A DNA stretch of 64,000 bases from positions 81,718,001-81,782,000 of the forward strand of contig NC_086097.1 of NCBI RefSeq assembly GCF_963921235.1, in the 5' to 3' direction. Both the position numbers and the translations under genes were made by a program. The DNA comes from Mobula hypostoma (lineage: Eukaryota). Shown here in pieces: positions 26,712 through 39,869 of the stretch; position 1 is the stretch's first letter; each line of letters opens with the position of its first letter. The notes beneath the pieces are model-generated. The model made no database searches and was not told the origin of the DNA. It saw nothing but the letters and a program-made list of their open reading frames with translations.

Positions 26712-28609
26712 AGATCTTTCATCAACAGCATAAAAATTAGTGCTCTTTATGAAACTGCAGCTTGAACTTTTATCTTTTTGTCTTCCCTGCGCAGTCTATT
26801 TATTTTGTCTGCCTGACATACTCTTTGTTTGTGTCCTCTTTTTGCATTTTCTGCAAGCTTTGCTATTAAATCTGCCTTTGTTTGGCATATGTGAGCCTTG
26901 TCACAACAGTGCACAATTTATTTGGTCATGCTGGTTTTTGTTTAGATTTTTCAAGTTCATGCTCACTTTCATTTCTGACTGCCACTGAATTGTGTCTCTG
27001 TCTGTGGTGTCCATTGAAATAGCGATTTCCACTGCTCTTCTAAATGTAAGTTGTGCTTCAGTTAGGAGTCATTTTTGAATGCTTTCTTTTAAGATTCTAC
27101 AAACTATATGATCTCTCAGAATATCATGATGTCCATTACTGAACTGACAATGCTCAGATAATTCCTTCATTTCAGCCATGTACGCTGAAATGGACTCCCC
27201 TTCTTTTTGATTCCGCTTATGAAACCTAAAGCCTTCTGCAATCATCATTGGCTTTGGTTCTAAGTGTTCTTGCATCACTTTGACAATAGTAGCAAAGCTC
27301 ATTTCTGCAGGTATGGTTAGAGCAGTCAAACTTTGAAGCACACTGTATGCCTTTAAACCCAATGCACTCAGTAAAATTGGTACCTGCTTCTCATTAGTTA
27401 TTTTATTTGCTTCAAAATAATGTCTAATAGCTCCGTATACATGAACCAATTACCCACTGTGTAATCAAACTTGACAATCTTTCTGATGTGGCCAGCGATT
27501 TCTGATCTTTTTTATGGTTATTATCACCCGGTACTGTTTCCCCTATTTATGAACCCTGAATTCTTCCAGTTATGGTTTTTTTTAAACGATGGAGTGTCTT
27601 CCCTTCTGAAGACTGTCCCTCACACATGCTGAGGTGCCTTTTTACTCGCAAGTGCTCCCACTGTGTTTTATTTTATTTCAAATGTTTTGCTACAGGTCAG
27701 TAATCACCTCAGGCTCATTTTAAAATATCTCCTCATCAATGCTATGTTTTGTAACTTCAAAACATTCAATTAATTTAAAGTCCAAAAATACGGTTGTACC
27801 TCGAGTATGCTTTAAATGAGGCTCATGTATCACATGATAGCATGATGATGTATGCAATTAATGTATTTTTACATATAACCCATAATGAATTATCTATACA
27901 AACAAAAATGCTTAATCAAAAAAATATATATACAAGATTACTGAAATATTATTGAAATATCAAACATTCAACATCCACCATTTGCATAGCTGCTGTTTTA
28001 TGAATTTGGGCTGCACACCAGCAAATTCGGATGACTATTTAGGCTTTAATACATGCTTTTGAAGATCACAATTATTTTAAGTTCCTCTCTCCATTTTTCC
28101 TCCTGAATTTCCGCCGTTTTAAGTGCCTTCCACCATAAAGATAGAAATAAAACTTTATTCAAATACTTGACTTTTTTTTTCCATTATTAATCCCCCAGTC
28201 TCATTCTCTAAGGAACTAACATATATATTTTTGCAGTGGCCTCTCTTTTTTATTCATGTAGAAACTTTTGCCATCTATTTTTGTATTTCTTACTGGATTA
28301 CTCACAATTTTTTCCCTCTATTAATTTTTTAGTCACTCTTTGTTGCTTTCTGAAGCTTTCCAATCTACTGCTTTACCATTAAAGCTTTGTTACAATGTAT
28401 TCTGTTCATTTCAATTTGATATCGTCTTAATGTTCAAAGGTTATTAACAGATAGATCATTTTCTCTTTAGGTCTAACATCTCAAAGAAATACACAGTATT
28501 TCTGTTAACAATGAGGGAATATCTTGCACTGGACTGTAAATTGAAGTGGATACTTAAAGACAGAAAACCTTACAGTTATCACCAGCAAATTAATTGCCTG
28601 CTTTCCAAT

Positions 28610-29630
28610 AATAAGACCATAAGACAAACAAGCAGAATTAGGCCTTTCAGTCCATCAAGTCTGCTCTGCCATTCCACCATGGCTGATTTATTATCTCTTT
28701 CAATCCAATCTTCCAGCCTTCTCCCCATATGTTACTCATGAAGAATCTATCAAATTCCACTTTAGATGTACCTAATGACTTGTCTTCCACAGCTGTATGT
28801 GGCAATGAATTCCACAGACTCACCACCCTCTGATTAATGCAATTATTCAACTCTGTTCTCACGGAATGCCCTTCTATTCTGACACTGTGCCCTCTGGTCC
28901 TAGACTCCCTCACTATAGGAAACATTACCTCCACATTCACTCTATTTAGGCCATTCAATATTCAATAGGTTTCAATAAGATCCCTCCTCATTCACTGAAA
29001 CTTCCTCACGTATGGGCCCAGAGCAATCAAATATTCATTATTCATTAAATTTTTCATTTCCAGGATCATTCTTGTGAACCTCCTCTGGATCCTTGCCAGT
29101 GCCAGCACATTCTTTCTTATAAAAACTGGGAAGTATACTGACTGGTTGCATTATGGCCTAGTATGGGAACACCAAAACCTTTGAGTGGAAAATCCTACAA
29201 AAGATAATGGATTTGTCCCAGTACATCACAGGTAAAACCCACCCAATGATTGAGCACGTCTACATGAAATGTTGCCGTAGAAAAGCAGCATCCATCATCA
29301 AAGATCCTCACCACCCAGGCCATCCCCTTCTCTCACTCCTCTCATCAGGTAGAAGATATAAGAGCCTCAGGACTCACACCATGAGGTTCAAGAACGGTTA
29401 CAACCCCTCAACCACGAGGCTCTTGAACAAAAGGGGATAGCTACATTCATTTAAGGACTCTGTTATATTGTTATTTCATGATCATTATTTGATGCTCTTT
29501 ACTTATATCTGCATTTGCACAGTTTGATTACAGTTTACAGATCCTGCTTACAGTTACTGTTCTGTGAATAAATTTTACTTTAAACTTTGAACAAAACTGC
29601 TCACAAAACTCCAACTGTGGTCTGACCTTA
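28610..29630 (-). mobile_element. CR1 3' fragment interrupted by a plus-strand Rex1/Babar 3' fragment (~29129-29592)
   Basis: RTRGHS..QRVVSLWNSLP on the minus strand; insert KAASIIKDPHHPGH; possible TSD AAAACTG. Confidence 0.75.
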
Positions 29631-29994
29631 TGGTCTATTTCACTCTGAATTTAGGCTGCTCTCACTCATTAATTCCACTCAGACTTATCCTTAAAATGCA
29701 AAGCACAATTTCTTTCTCTCAATTCACTGAATTCACCCTCTCAACAGAATCCTGATTTGTGTTATTGTCGATTCAGGGCTCTGTGGATTTGGTCTCTGTG
29801 CTAATTACTTCATGTATATACAAAACCCTCATGTGTTTACACTAAAAAAAATCCAAAGAACCAGGAAAGCAATTAGCAGGTTCATCTAATAAACTATGCA
29901 ACTGCCACAGAGCTACACTGAGCAACATCGTGAAAGAAATTACAACTTTGGTTAAAATTAAGGTAAATGTTGATTGTAAAGCATAAGTTGAATA

Positions 29995-30270
29995 TTAGTG
30001 AGGTTTGATCTTACTCTCTGTGTGGAGTTTGTACTTTCTGCTTGTGACCGCATGGATTTCCTCCGGGTGCTCCAGTTTACTGCCACATTCCAAAGATGCA
30101 TTCTGAGGGTGAACTGGCGGCTCTAAGTTACTTCTAGAGTAGGTGGGTGTCCGGAAGAGTTGACGGACATGTGAGAAACAATAGGTCATAGGGACATAGT
30201 TGGGAAATGGATAATGGGAATTCTCCACAAATAGTTGATGGACCAAATACCTTCCCTCTATGTTGTAAAA
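29995..30270 (+). mobile_element. V-SINE (HE1-like)
   Basis: V-domain TGTGTGGAGTTTG...TTTCCTCCGGGTGCTCC. Confidence 0.75.
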
Positions 30271-30709
30271 AATATGAGAAACTATCTAAAGCTTAAAATG
30301 TTCTCCACTTCCAGTGTTTCTTACTCAGAAGCAGGATACTCAGTGTTTCATACTCAGAATTCAATGCCGCACACGCTCAGATGTAGCAGCACTCCTTGCC
30401 TGCATTATTCATCTCAACAGGAAAGAAAAAAAGAAAATATTTAGAGGATTATGGAGAAGAATCTGTTTCCCCAGCTACTGAAACATCAGAACAACTGCCT
30501 GTTAGCTAAGGTAACATCTCAAGCTGAAATAGAGCTTTTATCTACCTTCATCTTAGCTATGCCATTGAAAATTGCACAAAGAATGGGCAACTGGTGGGAC
30601 ATCAGTTTAACTTGCCAGATATCAGTCATTGATACTGCAAAGGTTAGACCTTTGCACCTCAATCACCAGCTGCTTGCAAGAAAAAAATTCTTTCTGAGAT
30701 TGAACATAC

Positions 30710-31350
30710 ATAATAGAACGGTATAGCACAGTAGAGGCTTTTCAGCTGACAATATTGTGCTGACCTTTTAAACTACTCCAAGCTTATTCTAACCCTTGCC
30801 GTCCACAGAATTTTTCATATTCCTTCATCCATGTGTCTATCTAAGAGTCTCTGAAGTGTGTCTAATGTGTCTCCTGAAACACCACCCTGGCAGCGTGTTC
30901 CACACTCTTACTACTTTCTGTGTGCGATACCCACCTCTGATATTCCACCCAATCCTCTCACATTAGCCATTGCCACCCTGGGAAAAATGACTCTGGCTGT
31001 CCACTCTATCAATATCTCTTGTCATCTTACACACATCTTGCAAATTTCCTCTCATCCTCCTTCACTCCAAAAAGGAAAGCCCTAGCTCACTCAACCTTTC
31101 CTCATCTAATCTAGGAAGCAACGTGGTAAATCTCCTCCACACTTTCTTGAAAGCATGGGTTCCCAGTCTTTTTTTATGCCATGGACCTCTACCATTAACC
31201 AAGGGGTCCATGAACCCCAGCTTGAGATCCCCTGTTCTAAAGCTTCCACATCCTTCCTACATATAATGAGGAAGCCAGAACTGAACAGAATACCACAAGT
31301 GTGGTCTAATCAGAGTTCTTTAGAGCTGCAATGCTACCTTTTGGCTCTTG
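30710..31350 (-). mobile_element. CR1 3' fragment containing a short hAT MITE (31154-31234)
   Basis: CR1 tail motifs; MITE ends CATGGGTTCCC...GAGATCCCCTG with an imperfect 8-bp TSD. Confidence 0.65.
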
Positions 31351-34014
31351 CCACTGCTACTTAAAACATCACCTTGTAATGTCTACTTGCAGTGCAGAGG
31401 TTGGAAGACTTCTGAAATACATCAGGATGCTTCTGTAAAACCTTACAAATTGGCTTTCAGTGGTAGTCTTGGAACTTCTCAAAGGAGTTTTTCTGAAAAG
31501 AAGTGCAAGCTGCTACTCAAAGTTCTGGATATGTCGTTGCTGCCATTACTTCATGGCAGATGAAAGATGTTCAGCTCATTGAGTTTTCCCAGCCTTCACA
31601 TCTTGGATTCTGCACTGGGCTAGGTGTACTGAAAAAAACAATCGACTGCAGTGGGAATTGCAGGTAAGGGAAAAATGTGTTTTTTCTTTGTAAAAAAAAA
31701 TATAGTTCTTCAATTTTTTAAAAGATTCTCTCAAAGTTTTAAGTTGATAAAGTTGCAGGCAAGGTTTTGTGGATTGTTAGGGTTGTTTGAGAACCTTGCT
31801 TCCTTTCTGCACTACTAGAGACCCTCACCCATCAGATCATGCTATGGGAGTGTAGGGTCCTTTGGGATGTCACCAGTGATTCCTGACATTTGTACAAATT
31901 AAACATGGGCATAGGCTACAGCAATTGGAGATACTGGATCTGGTCTGAGATATTCAACCCAGCAGATGTTAAGAGTCACTTTTTACTCATCTCTCTCTCA
32001 GACCTTCAAACCTGGGGGCCCAGAATCTGGAGGCTCTCAGCCTTGTCAGTTCCCAAAGAGCATCCTTCCATGCTATGCACAACAGCCCTTTCCTCTCTTG
32101 CATTGTCAACAAAGCATATCTGATTCTGTCATTTTTGTGCTGATTGTGCAAGATTGCTTTAAGGAGGTGGGGCAGGATTAGTACAAGGAATGTGTTAATA
32201 TTAGCAGAGAATTCTCAAGTAGAAATGAGTAAACCCATTCTTCTCAGTTATGTTTGATCATGCACAGAAGTGTTTCAGCTGCAGTATGAGAAACACAAGC
32301 TAAAAGGAGCAGAGATAACATTTCAGGTTGGTGTTTCTTCATCAGAACCACTGATGTGAAATGTTAACTATGTTTCTTGTACCATAGAAGCAATCTGACC
32401 TGCTCAGGTTTTCTGACACTCTCTGTTTTCATCCATTTCAATTGCAATTTTCTGCAGTACTTTTCAACCACACCAAGCTCCTCTTCCAGAAGTTCTGGTT
32501 GTCTTCATTCCATCTGTTTAATTTGTGGTTTTGTGAAAGTACACTTCATTTAGATATTAACTAGGCAATGCGAGTGTTTGCATTTTTATTGTGTACATTT
32601 TAAAATGCAGTTAAAACAGTTGTTTTCCAAAACCAGTGGTACCAAAAATGTCCTTAATGGTTAATAGAGACTCTGCAGAATCACACAGATTCCGGGTTAG
32701 TAACGTCACAATGTTAACCAAATGTATGTAATGCTGTCATGCAATATTTATCTCATTTCAGAATAAATAATTAAGAGGATTTAAGCACAATTCATAAACA
32801 AAATACAAAATGCTGAAAATACTCAGCAGCTCAGACATCTACAGAAGAAGAGATCTGACTTTCTTCTGAATGGTATAATTTTGCTGAAAATCACCAGTTT
32901 TGATCAAGGAGCTTCAAACTGAAGTGTTATTTTGTTACTCTTTCTCAAGATGCTGCCTGGTCTGTTGGGTGTTTCCAGCATTTTCGTTGATGCTGCAATA
33001 CATTGCTTTGAATTATGTGTAATTCGTCTTATTGTAATGCAGAGGCTTGTCGTACTAGTTCTCTTGTGTAATAAACTTTAAATTGCATAAGAACTTTAAT
33101 CCCAAATGAAGTATTAGGTCTTTAAGTTAATCTTTGTTCCATCACCAAGAAATTATCTGTGTGAAAGGATTCCAGCCCAGACTCAGTGTATTTTCTTCAG
33201 AGATTTTCTGTAAGAATCAAAGACATTAGGCTGTGATCAGTGACTGATGGGACTCCAGTCACAGGACTAGTTGTGGAATGATTCTGTGCAGTTTTGCCCT
33301 GTTTGGTCCCATGATTTCTTTAGAGTGAGCTTGTAATCCTAGACTCGCAGAACTGTCAGCAGAAGCAGTAAAGAGGGAAGCAAAGGTTGGGTAAATTGCT
33401 TAATATGCTACAGATATCATGGCAGCAAAATCCAGTTCCAGTTGCTTTGATGTGGGCAAGAAAAGCCTCTCACAAGGTGGGACTGTGTCAGTGTTGATCA
33501 TTGATTTGCACTGAACCCGCTCATCCTAGCAAAGGTGACCAGTCACGTGACCAGTTTGTCTCAGCATTGCCAAACATTTAGCAAGTCCAGGAGCTTGATG
33601 TATCAAGAATGCCAATTTTTTTAAACTACTTATGTCCTGCAATGCCACACTCTAAATTGAAATGCCAGCTTCAAAACTGTCATGTCAGAATTGTTAGGAA
33701 TATAACTGCTTGCCTTTGGCAGGTTTAATATTGCATAAATGAGAGTGGTGAAATGGGTGTAGGGAAATGAAGGAAACTTAAAATTTTCATCACAGCTTTA
33801 TCAGTGTCACACACAAAAGAATAGAAAAAGTACTGTATTGAGCATGAAATCATACATTTTAGCACAGAAGGAAAAAGAATGGAAACATCAGAACATACTT
33901 TTATTATATTATAAAATATTCACAATATAATTAAATATTGAACTTCAATTCATCCTTTGAAGCACGCAACCCATAGATCAACTTTACAATTTTATATACT
34001 TAGGAAATGATTAT

Positions 34015-36716
34015 TATAATGTATGGATCTACGTTTGTATTTCTTGTAGAGCAATGACTCTTGCTCCCCAGCACTATGTATTGATCATAGCAGCAAATCC
34101 TCCCATGATGCAAATGTCTGCGCATGTGCTGTTGTCTACGCATGCACGTTGTTCCTTCTCTCTCTCTGTCTCACTGAAATGTGAATACATCAGTTAAAGC
34201 CATCTCCCACATGAGTGCTTTTATTTATTTGATATGTAGTTATGCACAGACACAACAAATTGGCGACAAGTATGGAGCTGAATGTCAGAAAATATCATGG
34301 ACTGCACTGACAGTTACAGGACAAAACAGTGAGAGTTAAACAGCATGAGAAAGCCGAAGAACCCATGAGTAATACAGAAAACCGTGCCGAATTTAAAGCG
34401 AAAATAATGTGCTGATGGCTTCAGTCAGGAAAGCTGATGAATTTGATAGTTCTAATGAAGGCTCGGAGTCATATATCAAGAGGCTGGAACAGAGTTGTTA
34501 TGCAAACAACATGGAAGAGCAAAAGAAAGCCCCTACGTTTCTTTGCTTAATGGCCCAAGGCCCTGGAGTCTCTTACCCAATTTAGTAATCCCTGAAAAGC
34601 CAGCAAGCAAGACATTTGAGAAAGTTGTTACTATTTTACAAAATCACTTGAGCCCTAAACCGTTGGTAATAGCTGAGAGGAACCAGTCAAATGATGAAAG
34701 CATTTTTAATACATTGCAGAATCGCACCAACTTTCCCAGTACTATGACTTTAGAGATGGACTTCCTGGTGCATTAAGGGACAGGCTTGTATGTGACATGC
34801 ATAGTCAAAGCATGCAAATAAGGCTACCGTCAGAAAGAGACCTAACCTTAGAACAGGCATTGACCATTACTATATTGTTAGAGACTGCAGCAAAGGATGC
34901 AACAGTACTACAGAAAAGAAGGTTCAAATGTGAAATGCACAAAATGTCACTGAATGGTGCAAAAAGTGAAAAATGTTATTGAGGCAGCAAATCCTCCCAT
35001 GACACAAATGACCGTTGGTTCAAGAAAAAAGTCTGCAGAAAGTGTCACAGACAAGGTCACGCAGAGAAAGTGTGCAAGTCAGACAAAAAGCACAGCCAGA
35101 GGAGAAAAACCACACGGAGTGAAGAGTTTCACACACAAAAATAGGCAAATACATAAAGTGTTCCAATGTGAAACAGACAACACGGCGTCTGATGAAGTTG
35201 AGCTGTCATGACTAGAATTGCATCATATTACTGAAGCATTTCACAAACTCAGATGGATCACAGTAGAGGTGTCTGGTGTAAAACTGAAAATGGAGCTGGA
35301 TACAGGGTCTGCTTTGTCCATGATTCCAGGGGCTGACTACAACAGACTGTTTTCTAAGATACCATTACAGAAGATCTCAGTGATGCTAAAGATCTACACA
35401 GGTGAAAAAGTGGCTCCCAAAGGCAAACTGAAGGTAAATGTGACTTTTGGAGGCCAAACACAGCAGTTAGAGCTTTATGTATTGAGAAGTGAAGGTTTAT
35501 CACTGTTCGGTTGTGAATGGTTGAGAAGAATCTCACTAGACTGGCACACAACCAAAGCTCTCAGTGTGGCATCAGCAGGAAACCACAGCCCCAATGGGAC
35601 TAATAGGAGTTGTCACAGCTGTTTAATGCTAATCAGAAGATATTTGAGAAGGGAATAGATAAACAGATTGAAAATTTGGCCAAAAGCTGTTCTGGATGCC
35701 AGACAGTTCAAAATGCGCTCCCAAGGCCCCATTACACCTGTGAGAGTGGCTGTCATTACCATGGCAAAGAGTACTTATTGATTTTGCTACGCCATTCATG
35801 AGCTCCATGTTTCAGATTGCTGTGGATGCTCATTCAAAGTGGCCGGATGTTATTCCAATGAAGTCAATCACCTCAGCAAAGACTATCTTCACCAGTAATG
35901 GCTTACCAGAACAAATTGTGAGCGACAACGGACCACAATACACGTCAGAAGAATTACGACTGTTCATGAAGAAAAATGGCATCAAATATTTCAAGTCAGC
36001 TCCTCACCACCCAGCAACAAATGGGTTAGCTGAAAGGTTTATCCAAACCCTCAAGAAGTCTATTAAAGCGATGGCCAAGGAGTCGTTTCTCTACAGCCCA
36101 TGGAGGATGACTTTCTTTTTATGTATTGGAACTCTATTCATGTGACAACAAATCAAACACCTTCAATGCTGTTCATGAGCTGAGATCTCACATAAACTTC
36201 CTGAAACCAGGTCTATGGAGGGAAGTGCAGAATGAACAGTTCAGCCAGTTGCCAAGTGAAGCAGCAAGGAGTTTCAAGATTGGACAGAAGTCCTAAGCAT
36301 GTGATGACGCAGAAGACAAGTGGACTCCTGGTAGGATAGGTACCAGAACTGAACCACTGATGTACACAGTGGATATTGGGTATCAGATATGGAGATGTCA
36401 TGTGGATCAGATACTGGATGCTCAACTGAAGAACACACCTGAGTCAACTGAATCCAACAAGCTGGACACATTACAGTCATCGGACTTACCTCTCAGTGAT
36501 GATCATGTCACTGATAGCAACATGATACGAGTAACAGAGAACGTGGTCTTAGACAAGACACGTAGTAAACCCAGTGTCTGTGTGCCTCTCCCTCTCCCTC
36601 CCCCTCCCTCTTTCCCTCTCCCTCTCCCTCTCTCTCTCTCTCTCTTACATCAGTTAAAGCCATCTCCCGAGTGCATGATTTTATTGATTGATATGTAGTT
36701 GTGTATGGATGCAAAA
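34015..36716 (+). mobile_element. Gypsy element (gag-PR-IN, RT/RNase H deleted)
   Basis: 5' LTR ends at 34257 followed by TGGCGAC PBS. gag PKPLVIAER, protease MELDTGSA, integrase IVSDNGPQ/HPATNGLAERF. Partial 3' LTR ~36630-36716; possible TTAT TSD. Confidence 0.85.
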
Positions 36717-39700
36717 TTATAAAAACTAATACTCTCATATGCCTTGTGAATGTGATATATCAAGCAAGCAAAACAGACAGTATAAGTAAGTTTGAATGGG
36801 CTGTGAGATTCGCAAATAGATTTTTGAATTTGCAATGGGATACACTCACAACATTCATATAGAATACAGATACAGAGAGTGCTAATTTCAATGAAGCAGG
36901 CCAACTGTAAATTCAACAGTGAACCCATAAGTACTACTGTCCACTGATCACATTATTGTGAAAATACACCAGCAATCTATTTATGACAGTGGTGGCTTGT
37001 GCTCCGATACATTGACAACTACACTGAACAAGCCAGTGCTTGTACTTATATCTCTAATGACACCAAACAACACAGGAAATAAATTATCATATTTTTTGTA
37101 AAGATCAGTGAGAATATAATTACTTATTTTTCATTTTTTACCCATCTTGTGATGAAGCAAGTAATACTTTAGCCATATAGAACCTAAACCTCAGGTCTGG
37201 GACACAGAAGGATTTAGAAGCATATTTGGTTGGAGGTGACAGTGTATTTCTTTTTTCCTGTAAATGATATCTCTATCAGTCATTCTTTAGGGTTCTTGTT
37301 TCATGAATGTTTATAAAGAGTGAGGATTTCAGGTTGTGTACTGTATACATTCTCTGATATTAAAATGAACCTTTGAAGAAAATCAGTCTCAGGATAGGAT
37401 ATGGTCAAATGCATATTTTGATAATAAATCTACTTTGAACTTTGATGGGGAAGCCAACTCTCTACCAGGGGCTTCTTGACATTTTTGTTCTGAACAGAGG
37501 ATTGCTTTAGAAGGGAAATGATACATAGCTGCTTTGAGAGACTGAATCTTCTTCAGCAAGTATCAGTTATGGCAGGGCTAGCTGGTACAGAAGACTGACC
37601 CAGAGAAACTTACAGCACATCTGGAGTCTATTCAGTCCTGCTGCCATTAAATGAGACCATGACTAATTTGTTGCCTTAATGCTACATCCCTGTACCTTCA
37701 ATCAATGAAAATTATGTTTTTAATCCTTCCTCTTCATTTTCACTTGTCTCATTTTCCTATCCTACATCCTCTGAAACTTTTCCAAGACATTGACATCTAT
37801 TATATTGCGTACACTTGCTAGGTTATTTGTAAGCATTTAAACATGAATCCCTTGTGCTTGTATTCAATATTTCAATGACAAAGTCAGAGTTTTAAAGGAT
37901 TTTAAATGAGGCATGCCCATATCCCAAAGCTGCCTCTCTCATGTAGAATTGTAAGAAACCAGCAATAAAAGCAGAAAATGCCAAAAATACTCAGCAGACG
38001 ATGGGCACGTCTCCGATGGAGTGAAACCAGGGTGACCACAGGGTAAATCTCTAAACGCTTTGAATAGTATCATTTGGCTCAGTGCTTCTCCAGGTTGTTT
38101 TACTCTCAGTGAATTGTGCCATATTTACTAGCATTACGTTTGTCTGCGTTCTTCTGAAATAGGCATTAACCTTCTTTCGTTATTTTCAGTGTTGCACTGC
38201 ACAAATTGAACTTCTACTTCATGAATCCAAGCTAAGTTCATTTCTTTATACCAAACTTAATGAGTCTAATAGAGACCTCTAGGAATGTCCAGCTACAATC
38301 ACGTTTCTGAAAATTGTCAGCTCATCAGATATTTCTCCTTGGGGAAATTACATATCAAATTACCATCATTCTTTAATACCATGCTTTACCAGTTTACTAG
38401 TCTGTTATGCTACAATTTGTCAACTGCCTGTTACAAGTCCATGTATCTTCCACAATAATTTATTCAATTCTTCCAATTCCATCTCATCTTAAAATTTAAA
38501 TTGGGCTATTCCAGCTTCTACTTGTTATGTTCTCTTTCCTGTACCAGCTTCAAATAAATACTGAAAATACACAGTAGGACAGGAAGCAACTGTATAGAGA
38601 GAAACCTAATTACCATTTCAGAACAATGACCATTAAACAGTTACGATCAAGAGTTATGAACCTGGAATGTTGACTCTGTTCCCTTGTCCTAAAGACCATA
38701 AGACCATAAGATATGGGAGCAGAATTAGGCCGTTCAGCCTATCGAGTCTGCTCCTCCATTCCATCATGGCTGGTCCCAGATCCCACTCAACCCCATACAC
38801 CTGCCTTCTAACCATTTCCTTTGATGCCCTGACCGGTCTGCAGATGCTGAAAATTTCTAAGAACAAAGCAGTTAGGATAGGGGCTAACCCCTTACACCTG
38901 CTCTGAATTCAGTAAACCATGGCTGATCTGCCCCAGTCTCCCCGGTCCTCTCATGGTGAGCACAGGCAATGATGGAACCAAGTGCAGAGGAAAAACAGGC
39001 TCCCATGTAGAGATGGCGAGCAGAGTTTATACATAGGAACACCGACAGAACATTGGTGGCTCGACCATGAGATAAAACATTCTCAAAACCAGGACCCCAT
39101 GATAAACAGGGAGGATTGTCCACTTGAATAGTACAGGTGACCCAGAATCCCTGAGCCTATCAAAATAAACCTAACAAGGTTAAACAGTTAACACTAATGG
39201 TTTAACAACAATTAACCAATAAGGTGCTCTAGAAGCCTTGGAACCAAATGCTCTCTGGCTCCCCACACAGGCCCAGAGAGCTCATTACATCTCCTCCGTG
39301 CAAGTTTTGCATTGCTTTCAAATCTTTCAAAGATATCCCTAACACCTCTTTTAATACCTCCAACCTAACTTCCATCAGAAACCATTAATATTTCCCATCA
39401 GGAATAGATGACTTGTTAACTCTGAGTGATGTCAGGGAACTTAAAATCTCCTGTCTACATTAATCCACATCTCCACTGCAAACATGATTTTCTCTACCAT
39501 TGTGAAGACAGATACACTATATTTTCAGTATGTTAAAATTACTCACTGCTCAACCTCCATAGCAATTCTTCTTGTCTCTTATTAACTCCGTCATTCCTTG
39601 TGCACCAGAGTATTTGTAAAGTTTGTAGGTTCTTTGTTTCTCTCTTACCTGTAAAGTGTTTCATACTTTGTCCTGATAACATTTCTGTTCTGCATTTTGC

Positions 39701-39869
39701 CTGGTTCCTTATCATATTCTGTAACCAATAACCCTCATAAAGTTTCATTTTATTTATTCTGGTCATTGTTTTGGTATTCATGGAGTTCTAACTTTAGGTA
39801 CGCCATCTATTCTCATCAGAAAATGCCTTGTTTGTGTAATTGTCTGCACCTTGTACCTTGTAGGATGTA

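Larger units (their letters stand above)
20576..27973 (-). mobile_element. Gypsy LTR retrotransposon (K02A2.6-like), RT mostly absent, inserted in an old CR1
   Basis: TSD TCCAC at 20571-20575 and 27974-27978. 5' LTR 27740-27973; 3' LTR 20576-24926 split by a CR1. gag (HLEPKPMMIAEGFRFHKRNQ), protease MELDTSSA. LTR resembles 605-840. Confidence 0.88.

Noticed and set aside
39539..39781. Minus-strand ORF with a strong gtgagt donor
   Set aside because: Looks like decayed CR1 ORF2 sequence
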